Positions 24,970 through 32,000 of a DNA stretch of 32,000 nt are shown piece by piece. The notes beneath the pieces were generated by a model. That model did not search any database, was not told where the DNA came from, and was given only the letters and a program-made list of their open reading frames with translations. Position 1 is the stretch's first letter. Each line of letters begins with the position of its first letter. Source of the stretch: Geotalea daltonii FRC-32. GTDB taxonomy: Bacteria; Desulfobacterota; Desulfuromonadia; Geobacterales; Geobacteraceae. A program made the position numbers and the translations under genes. Location: the NCBI RefSeq assembly GCF_000022265.1, contig NC_011979.1, positions 1,560,001 through 1,592,000 of the forward strand, read 5' to 3'.

Positions 24970-27210
24970 ATGAAATCAATGTCTTATAAAAACCTGCTCA
25001 ACAGGGTGAAGTTTTGCCGACTTCGGCTCGTGCTGGGGCTTCTTTTGGCAAGCAGTTCCGTGTCTTTGCCTATGGCCCAGGCTGCCCTCGTCGGTGAAGC
25101 GGAGCTTGGCTACGTTGACTACAGGGCCGATGTCAACGGAGCCAGGTCTGTGGACGCTTCAGCTTTCAGGCAGCGTTACTCGCTACTGTATTCCAAGTCT
25201 GATGTCCTTGCCAATGGCCGGCTCGGCAAATACCGATTTTCTTTAGGCTATGAATGGGCCGCCGTCGACTCCAAGATCAAGGAATATTCAGGGGTGCAGA
25301 CTTCGGTGGAATCATCATCGGTCAGCGCCGGCCACCTGCTTTTCCGCGGCGACGTGATCTTGTCCCCGCAGCAACTGCCGATCAAGTTGAGAGCATTCAG
25401 CCATGATCTGAAGCGGGCCAGCTTTTCAACCATCGGTTATTATGGCGCTTCAAATTTGATTGAGCCGGGGATAACCAATTCGATCTTTGGGGGAACAAAT
25501 ATCCAAAGTGGTGTTTATGCGGAAGTAGGTCTGAAAGAGACCATGAGCCAGGGGGGGGCGAGCTTTTTTGCCCGGATGCCGCGTCTTTATATCGATTATC
25601 GCGATAACATCATCAAGGACCTGGACAGCTTATCGCCCACTGACAGCAGAATGAAAAAGCTTTCCTTTGTCAGCCTCAACAAAAAAGATAACTGGTTTCA
25701 TGTCAGAACGATAAACTACACCGATTATCTCCGGTCAACCAATGATTACAACGAGACGCAGGTGATTCTGGGCACCATAGACCAGCACATGGACCGCAAA
25801 TGGGTCGATTTCTCCAACTGGATAAAGCTTTCTGCGGATGGGCAGTTCATCAAGCATACGGAATACAACGACAATTATGAATCATATGAGCTCAACCTTT
25901 TCGGCATTGCATCCAGGAGCCGTTGGGAAGCCAGGTCCTTCAATACCTTCAGACGTACCCTTGACCTAAGTGGGCTCACCTACGATACGAAAATTCCCCT
26001 TTACGTGACTGGATATGCCGGTCCTGATACGGACTGGCGGGTCCGGGTCAGTACCGAACAAAGCAAGGTAAGTCTTATTCAGGACTATGACACCTCAGAC
26101 ACCCTGGTCTCCTATAGAATAAATACCTTCAAACGCGAGGCCTTTACTCTTGCGCATACAGGTGCCATTGAAAGCTACGAGCACACTGACATAGGTAAGA
26201 CGTTGAGCCTGGATGCACGTGTTGAGATCGCCAGCTCCAGGAGATTCTCGACCAAGTTGGGAATTATTGGCAGCTACAACATCACCTCGGCGAAAAACCA
26301 GCCAATTAATGCAAGCGAAAATAGCTCGATGACACAGGTATTCGATTTAAAAGGCGTCTACACCCCTACCAATTCATGGAAATTTGAATTGGAAGAAAAT
26401 GTCACCATAGGAAGTGGCAATAGCTCCGACGACCTGACCACTCAGAGTTACAACACCCAGAGCAGCTCCGTTGGCACTGGTGTCTCATCTTTTAATGTGC
26501 CTGACGACAGCTATACACGCTATCGGACCATGGTTAAAGCCGACTGGCAACCAGCAGCACGCTTGAAGGTGGGTTTTACCGTCACTGATGATTTACTGCA
26601 GGCAAAGGGCAAAAAGACGGAACATGGTACGGAGTATGCCAATACCATCGATTTCACCGACAAGCGCCTAACTGCAAGATTGACGACGCGTTATACCACA
26701 TCCACCTTATCCAGTGGTTCATTGTCCGGATTCAGCAGTAACGGGCATATCTCTTATTCCCCCGACCGTTCTCTGGACAACTCGGTCTCTTATTATTACG
26801 GCAATATTAACGACCGTGACGGATCAAAATACAGCAGCTTCACTTTAAGGCAGAGCGCCAACTATTTTCTCTATACCGATTATGGAATAAGCCGCCGTAT
26901 TCTCGAACTGAATCAGGGCCTTGAATACGAGGGACAGTCGTACAGTACAGGCCTCAGGAGGACCACCAAAAGCCTGATCGGCGGCTTCAGGTATTACCCG
27001 ATCAGCCGGCTTTTTCTTGCCGGTAGAGCAAAATACTCACTCCTCACCTATGAGACACAGACAAATGCTACCCAGAGCATATATAATGCAACTATAGGCA
27101 TGAATTTCAACCTGATACAGGCAACCATCGATTACAGCCTTGGCCGTCAGAATGGTAACGGTAACAGGTTTGAAAGACGTTTTGAAGCCAACCTGAAAAA
27201 AGTATTTTAG
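24970..27210 (+). CDS. Large predicted outer-membrane beta-barrel protein (746 aa), function unknown
   Basis: Signal peptide ending PMAQA/AL. The mature protein has no cysteine and no long hydrophobic helix. It is rich in Y/S/T/N/G, with many short alternating amphipathic stretches (YRFSLGYEW, YSLLYSKS, FTLRQSANYFLY). It ends in an aromatic residue (…NLKKVF), the classic BAM-recognition signature. Confidence 0.6.
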   Translation: MKSMSYKNLLNRVKFCRLRLVLGLLLASSSVSLPMAQAALVGEAELGYVDYRADVNGARSVDASAFRQRYSLLYSKSDVLANGRLGKYRFSLGYEWAAVDSKIKEYSGVQTSVESSSVSAGHLLFRGDVILSPQQLPIKLRAFSHDLKRASFSTIGYYGASNLIEPGITNSIFGGTNIQSGVYAEVGLKETMSQGGASFFARMPRLYIDYRDNIIKDLDSLSPTDSRMKKLSFVSLNKKDNWFHVRTINYTDYLRSTNDYNETQVILGTIDQHMDRKWVDFSNWIKLSADGQFIKHTEYNDNYESYELNLFGIASRSRWEARSFNTFRRTLDLSGLTYDTKIPLYVTGYAGPDTDWRVRVSTEQSKVSLIQDYDTSDTLVSYRINTFKREAFTLAHTGAIESYEHTDIGKTLSLDARVEIASSRRFSTKLGIIGSYNITSAKNQPINASENSSMTQVFDLKGVYTPTNSWKFELEENVTIGSGNSSDDLTTQSYNTQSSSVGTGVSSFNVPDDSYTRYRTMVKADWQPAARLKVGFTVTDDLLQAKGKKTEHGTEYANTIDFTDKRLTARLTTRYTTSTLSSGSLSGFSSNGHISYSPDRSLDNSVSYYYGNINDRDGSKYSSFTLRQSANYFLYTDYGISRRILELNQGLEYEGQSYSTGLRRTTKSLIGGFRYYPISRLFLAGRAKYSLLTYETQTNATQSIYNATIGMNFNLIQATIDYSLGRQNGNGNRFERRFEANLKKVF

Positions 27211-27246
27211 ATATAAACAAAGGATGAACATCATTTCAAATTCAAC

Positions 27247-28206
27247 ATGGAATTTCTGAGAATATCCATAATCATTCCGGTAAAGCCTGCTGGAACCGTC
27301 AAGGCTTTACGGAACCTCGCCTGTGTTGAGTATCCTCCCGAACTGTTCGAGATATTTGTCGCAGAAGGCCGCAGACCCGGCACCCAGAGAAATCAAGCTG
27401 CTGCCAAGGCAACGGGAGACATTTTATACTTTCTTGATGATGACTCTCTGGTTGAACCACATTGTCTGGCCAAACTGGCTTCTCATTACTTGGGGGATCC
27501 TGCTGTGGCAGCTGTCGGCGGCCCTTCACTTACCCCTGACGGGGATTCGGCTTTGCAAAAGGCGATCGGTAAAGTATTTATCTCGCTTTTCGGCGGTGGC
27601 TGTAATCGCAATCGCTACCGGCAAAACGGAATGATGCGGGAAACTGACGACAGCGAACTTATCCTGTGCAACCTCAGCTTTCGCAGGGACGTATTCATGC
27701 AGAGTGGCGGGTTGGACGAAAGGCTTTATCCCAACGAGGAGAACGAATTGCTGCACAGGCTCAAAGAAGCAGGGAAACGGCTGCTCCATGATCCTGACCT
27801 TGCAGTTTTTCGCAGTCAACGAGCTTCTTATCCTGCCTTCGTCAAACAGATCTTTGGCTATGGGCGGGGCAGGGGAGAGCAGGTACGCATAAGCAAGGAG
27901 ATAAAAATCTTTACCTTCGGGCCATCATTGTTTATCTTGTATCTGCTATTTGTGCCTTTTTTCTTTGGAACATTATATATAGCTCCATTGGTGGTTTACT
28001 TAGTCCTTGACCTGTGGTTTTCATTCTTGGAAGGGCCTAAGAACGAGCACAGATTTGCTTGGCTCAAAGTAATCCTTTTCCCCACACTGCATTTAAGCTA
28101 TGGCGCAGGTTTAATCGCAGGTCTGGTTCTGCCACGCTTCCATAAAGCTGCGGCTGATTCCGGTGCAGTGGAAATAACAAGAATGAAGAACATGGATGCA
28201 AATTGA
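27247..28206 (+). CDS. Family 2 glycosyltransferase with C-terminal transmembrane segments
   Basis: ISIIIPVKP…, an FLDDD (DxD) motif and a GT-A fold pattern. Two to four hydrophobic helices lie in the last ~100 aa. Confidence 0.8.
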   Translation: MEFLRISIIIPVKPAGTVKALRNLACVEYPPELFEIFVAEGRRPGTQRNQAAAKATGDILYFLDDDSLVEPHCLAKLASHYLGDPAVAAVGGPSLTPDGDSALQKAIGKVFISLFGGGCNRNRYRQNGMMRETDDSELILCNLSFRRDVFMQSGGLDERLYPNEENELLHRLKEAGKRLLHDPDLAVFRSQRASYPAFVKQIFGYGRGRGEQVRISKEIKIFTFGPSLFILYLLFVPFFFGTLYIAPLVVYLVLDLWFSFLEGPKNEHRFAWLKVILFPTLHLSYGAGLIAGLVLPRFHKAAADSGAVEITRMKNMDAN

Positions 28207-28226
28207 TCGATGTACGGGAGCATTTC

Positions 28227-29171
28227 TTGGACTTGAGTGTAGTCGTACCAATTTATAACGAAGAAGAAAATATTCCGGAGCTATGCCGCAGGGTGTTCGC
28301 CGCTCTTGATCAAAGCGGACTCTCCTATGAACTTATACTTGTGGATGACGGCTCGGTAGACGAGTCATTTAATCGTTTAAAAGCAGTAGCCGCCCATAAA
28401 CCTTTTGTGAAGATCATCAGGTTTCGACGCAATTTTGGCCAGACTGCTGCCATGGCTGCAGGCTTCAATGCTGCTAGTGGCAGCGTTGTAATCCCCATGG
28501 ACGGAGACCTGCAGAATGACCCTTCAGATATCCCTCGCCTTGTAAAGAAGATCGATGAGGGGTTTGACGTTGTCTCCGGTTGGCGTAAAAATCGCCGTGA
28601 CACCTTCGTCAACCGCAAATTGCCTTCACTTATTGCCAATCGTCTCATCTCCAAGATGACAGGGGTTCATTTGCATGACTACGGTTGCACCCTGAAGGCC
28701 TACCGCCGGGAGGTGCTTGATGCGATAAATCTATATGGGGAAATGCATCGATTCGTCCCTGCGCTTGCCTCTCAGGTCGGGGCAAAGGTCGCAGAACTCC
28801 CGGTTGCCCATCATCCTCGTCTACATGGCGTCAGTAAATATGGAATATCCAGGACCACCCGCGTCATTCTGGACCTGATGACCGTTAAATTCCTTCTTAC
28901 CTATTCGACCAAACCGATACAGCTTTTTGGCAAGTGGGGGATTTATGCCTTATTTGCCGGAATGATGAGTGGTGCTGCCGTCGTCTATATGAAAATTTTC
29001 GAACAGATGAGCATGAACCGGAATCCCTTACTTATTTTGACTGCTTTTCTGCTGTTCATGGGGGTCCAATTCATCGTCCTGGGGCTTTTGGGTGAGTTGA
29101 ATGCCCGCACCTATTATGAGGCCCAATCCAAGCCCATCTACGTTGTTAAAGAAAAAGTCAACATTGCCTGA
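28227..29171 (+). CDS. Polyprenyl-phosphate glycosyltransferase (GT2; DPM1/GtrB/ArnC-like)
   Basis: LSVVVPIYNEEENI, LILVDDGSVD, FRRNFGQTAAM, IPMDGDLQNDP and GWRKNRRD motifs, plus two C-terminal TM helices. The start TTG 28227 has GGGAG 6 nt upstream; TTG 28203, which overlaps the previous stop, is the alternative. Confidence 0.85.
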   Translation: MDLSVVVPIYNEEENIPELCRRVFAALDQSGLSYELILVDDGSVDESFNRLKAVAAHKPFVKIIRFRRNFGQTAAMAAGFNAASGSVVIPMDGDLQNDPSDIPRLVKKIDEGFDVVSGWRKNRRDTFVNRKLPSLIANRLISKMTGVHLHDYGCTLKAYRREVLDAINLYGEMHRFVPALASQVGAKVAELPVAHHPRLHGVSKYGISRTTRVILDLMTVKFLLTYSTKPIQLFGKWGIYALFAGMMSGAAVVYMKIFEQMSMNRNPLLILTAFLLFMGVQFIVLGLLGELNARTYYEAQSKPIYVVKEKVNIA

Positions 29172-30351
29172 TAACCCGATCAAAGTCATCATGCTTGCCC
29201 CTACACCGTATTTTTCCGATAGGGGTTGTCATGTGCGGATTTACGAAGAGGCAAAAGCCCTGCGACAACTGGGGGTGGATGTCAGAATTGTCACCTACCA
29301 CCTGGGCCGCGATCTCGGTCAAATACCCACATACAGAGCCTGCAGAATTCCCTGGTACAAGAAAGTCGAAGCCGGCCCTTCCTGGCAAAAGCCTTATCTT
29401 GACATCCTCCTGCTGTTCAAGGCGATGCGCATTGCCAGGATTTTTTCTCCCGACCTGATTCATGCACATCTTCATGAGGGTGCTCTGATAGGCTTTTTCC
29501 TAAAAAAATGGCTCCAGGTACCCTTGCTTTTCGATTACCAGGGTAGCCTGACCGCTGAAATATCGGCCCATCGTTTCATCAAAAAAAAATCACTCCTCCA
29601 TAAAGTTTTTGCTGGTCTGGAAAGCACAATCAATAATCTTGCTGATTTCATAGTTACCAGCTCCAGCCCCAGTGCCTCGGCGCTTGTGAATGACTGGCAC
29701 ATGCAGGCTAATCGGGTTCAGGCGCTCATCGATGGCGTGGATACGGATGATTTTCGTCCCTACTCTAAGGTGGACTGTCGGAAAGAGCTGAACCTGCCGC
29801 CGGATGTGCCGATAGTAGGCTTTCTCGGGCTTCTCAACGAATATCAGGGCATCGATATTCTCCTTGAAGCCATTTCCATACTCAAGGGGCAAAACACCCG
29901 GACATTTTTTCTGGTCATGGGATTTCCTGAAACGGAATACGTTAAAAAGGCCAAGGATTTAGGCTTGGACAGCATCATTCGCTTTACCGGCAGAATCGAT
30001 TACACCCTGGCGCCAAAATACTTGTCAGCATGCGATCTGGCTGTTTCCCCCAAAATTTCGCTCTCCGAGGCCAATGGCAAACTGTTCAATTACATGGCTT
30101 GCGGGCTGCCGACCATTGTTTTTGATACCCCTGTGAATAGGGAGATACTTGGGGAAATCGGTGCTTATGCTGCCTACAGCGATGCGTCAGATTTGGCTGT
30201 ACAAATAGCCATGCTTGCAACCAACACTCCCCTGATTGAGGAGTTGTCGGAAAAAAGCAGGGAAAAGGCAGTCCAGGAACATTCATGGCGGGCAAGGGGG
30301 GAGACTCTTTTAGAATTGTATCACGGGCTATTGAAAAAGAGTAAAGCATAG
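29164..30351 (+). CDS. Family 4 (GT-B, group 1) glycosyltransferase
   Basis: N-terminal IKVIMLAPTPYFSDRGCHVR is typical of GT4, and the C-terminal half carries an E-x7-E-like region (SLSEANGKLFNYMACGLP). The start TTG 29164 overlaps the upstream stop by 8 nt; ATG 29191 is the alternative. Confidence 0.8.
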   Translation: MPDNPIKVIMLAPTPYFSDRGCHVRIYEEAKALRQLGVDVRIVTYHLGRDLGQIPTYRACRIPWYKKVEAGPSWQKPYLDILLLFKAMRIARIFSPDLIHAHLHEGALIGFFLKKWLQVPLLFDYQGSLTAEISAHRFIKKKSLLHKVFAGLESTINNLADFIVTSSSPSASALVNDWHMQANRVQALIDGVDTDDFRPYSKVDCRKELNLPPDVPIVGFLGLLNEYQGIDILLEAISILKGQNTRTFFLVMGFPETEYVKKAKDLGLDSIIRFTGRIDYTLAPKYLSACDLAVSPKISLSEANGKLFNYMACGLPTIVFDTPVNREILGEIGAYAAYSDASDLAVQIAMLATNTPLIEELSEKSREKAVQEHSWRARGETLLELYHGLLKKSKA

Positions 30352-30371
30352 ATCACTGCTAATGGTGAAAC

Positions 30372-30407
30372 AAAAAAGGGCAGCCACTTCAATGGCTGCC
30401 CTTTTTT
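30372..30407. terminator. Bidirectional rho-independent terminator between convergent genes
   Basis: AAAAAA-GGGCAGCCA-CTTCAA-TGGCTGCCC-TTTTTT: a perfect 9-bp stem flanked by an A-run and a T-run. Confidence 0.85.
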
Positions 30408-30431
30408 AGTCCTGCAATAAATAGTGATTAT

Positions 30432-32000
30432 TTATTTAATAGCAATGTTGTCTACAGTTAAAGTGCCCTGGGTAATGGTAAGGGTTCCAGTGATGGTGGA
30501 GGGCGTTGGCCCTTGCGCCGTGAAAGTTTTGTCTGCGTTCCACCCGCCGCTCAATTTGAATGCTGCACCGCTGACATTAAGATTCGGACTTTCGGGGAAA
30601 TCTGCCAGGGCAAGTTGTATATCAGTTGTCGGTGCTGTAACAGCGTTAAAGGCGCCTTGAATAGTGGGGTAAAAGGTGGTCCCCGGTGACAGCATGCGAA
30701 CAACGTCATTAACTGGCGTATCGGAGAAGACGGCGGTGAAGTGAGTGTAGGTGGACATGGTAAATGTGCAGCTCGTTGTAGTAAGGCCATCGCAGAGAGC
30801 ACCGTTGTTGATCAAAAGTCCGTTTTTATCTCTGTCCCCGACCCATTTGACAAAGTATTTACCAGTGTTGGGTGTTGCCAGGATTGTTACAGAGGCACCT
30901 TCCTGAAACAGCACATTGCAGAGGCTGGGAGAAGTCGAGGCGCTGCAGTTTATGCCTGCAGGGGTGCTGGTGATCGCACCATTCGCTGTGACTGTATCTG
31001 CAGGCCTCGTGACTGAGACGTAGTCGAAGTCCTTGATGAAGGTAACATCGATCGATGGGTCGGAATTGACAGGGCTGAATGTATAGGTGGAGGTTGTTTG
31101 ATTGTAGTTGGTATCGGTCCTGAAATCGATAATATTGCCATTTATGGCGATGTTATTCACCCGGTAATATTGCTTTGGCGCAAGAACATACGCCGGCCTG
31201 TCGCCAGGGCTGACGATCTGGGTAAATGTATTTCCATTGGCTTCGCTGGTGATTTTGCTGCCATCGATTGAAGCGACGGTGCCGTTGGTGTCGGATGTGG
31301 CCGTAACGGTGTAGAGTTGGGGGCCGATAAAATTACCCAGAGCTTCGGGGGAGTTGAAAAAATCAGGATTTCCCGACGTATTGGGGAGGTTGGTGATTGC
31401 GTTGCTGTACAAATTGATGGATGAAAGGCTTCCCAGGCTGGTATTGCCTGGAGCGGCATCCGCTGTGTTATTTACCGCATACAAAGTTGTCCCATCAGGG
31501 GTTATGGCGAGGCCCATTGGCGAATATCCCAAGGGAAGCAGATATGGAGTGGTGACACTGTTGTCGGCTGTGTTGATGACCGAGATGCTGTCACCAAAGG
31601 TATTGGTGACATAAGCCTTGCTTCCGTCTGGTGCAACTGCGACCGTGTAAGGGAATGCTCCAACCGGGACGGGGGTAACGGCCCTTGTTACAGCATTGAT
31701 TATCGAAATGTTATCGGATCCTTGGTTGGCAACGAAAATCTTGACAGCGCTGCCGACAGTGCCCACCGCGATGCCGGTGGGCATAGAGCCGACCGTTATG
31801 GGGAGGCCGGAAACCTGGTTGGTTGCCGTATCGATTACCGAAACGGTATCTGAGCCGGAGTTGGCAACATAGACGAAGGTACCAGCCGGGTCCATGGCAA
31901 CACCGACAGGAGCATTGCCTACTGCTGGGGATGCCAGCACTGTCGGTGCAACGGTACCGGGAGTAAGTGCCGATATATCGAGAACGGTAAGGGAAGCGGC
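30432..32000 (-). CDS. Secreted/surface protein with YVTN-type beta-propeller repeats and C-terminal beta-rich (B-repeat/Ig-like) domains; N-terminus beyond window
   Basis: The frame is open to the window edge. Repeated ~40-aa units are present ([64 protein letters not shown]). The C-terminal half is S/T/N-rich beta-type sequence with no TM segment. Confidence 0.75.
   Translation of the reverse strand, partial: AASLTVLDISALTPGTVAPTVLASPAVGNAPVGVAMDPAGTFVYVANSGSDTVSVIDTATNQVSGLPITVGSMPTGIAVGTVGSAVKIFVANQGSDNISIINAVTRAVTPVPVGAFPYTVAVAPDGSKAYVTNTFGDSISVINTADNSVTTPYLLPLGYSPMGLAITPDGTTLYAVNNTADAAPGNTSLGSLSSINLYSNAITNLPNTSGNPDFFNSPEALGNFIGPQLYTVTATSDTNGTVASIDGSKITSEANGNTFTQIVSPGDRPAYVLAPKQYYRVNNIAINGNIIDFRTDTNYNQTTSTYTFSPVNSDPSIDVTFIKDFDYVSVTRPADTVTANGAITSTPAGINCSASTSPSLCNVLFQEGASVTILATPNTGKYFVKWVGDRDKNGLLINNGALCDGLTTTSCTFTMSTYTHFTAVFSDTPVNDVVRMLSPGTTFYPTIQGAFNAVTAPTTDIQLALADFPESPNLNVSGAAFKLSGGWNADKTFTAQGPTPSTITGTLTITQGTLTVDNIAIK

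Overview
This 32-kb window looks like chromosomal DNA from a Geobacter-type deltaproteobacterium (Desulfuromonadales/Geobacterales). That call rests on a PpcA-like triheme cytochrome c7, many CXXCH proteins and the gene order.

The left half (1-17.4 kb) is mostly housekeeping:
- two tandem Cys/Met-family PLP enzymes and a QueG-like Fe-S protein
- an A/T-rich acyltransferase islet next to tRNA-Thr(CGU)
- thiED-thiC (minus strand), then alr
- selD, which carries an in-frame UGA (selenocysteine) that the ORF track split
- a RACo/DUF4445-like ASKHA ATPase coupled to selD
- purH, purD, an STT3/AglB-like membrane glycosyltransferase, then purE

The right half (17.5-32 kb) is an extracellular-electron-transfer locus, read in order:
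- monocistronic ppcA, then resB/ccsA (System II cytochrome c maturation)
- a cytochrome with 10 CXXCH plus 1 CX3CH, and an 8-CXXCH cytochrome
- an NHL-repeat lipoprotein
- an OmcE-like tetraheme cytochrome (the nanowire-forming family) with its own sigma54 promoter and terminator
- an uncharacterised 746-aa predicted outer-membrane beta-barrel
- a GT2-GT2-GT4 glycosyltransferase operon
- a convergent YVTN beta-propeller surface protein that runs off the window

The most interesting items are:
- the omcE / giant barrel / glycosyltransferase module, a candidate filament secretion-assembly or conduit system
- an 85-nt structured repeat present twice, each time just 3' of a stop codon
- the selD recoding site
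- two genes (alr and the STT3-like gene) whose conserved N-termini have no canonical start unless one base is removed from a homopolymer

All calls come from reading the sequence and recalling protein families. No searches were run, and start codons are less certain than stop codons.
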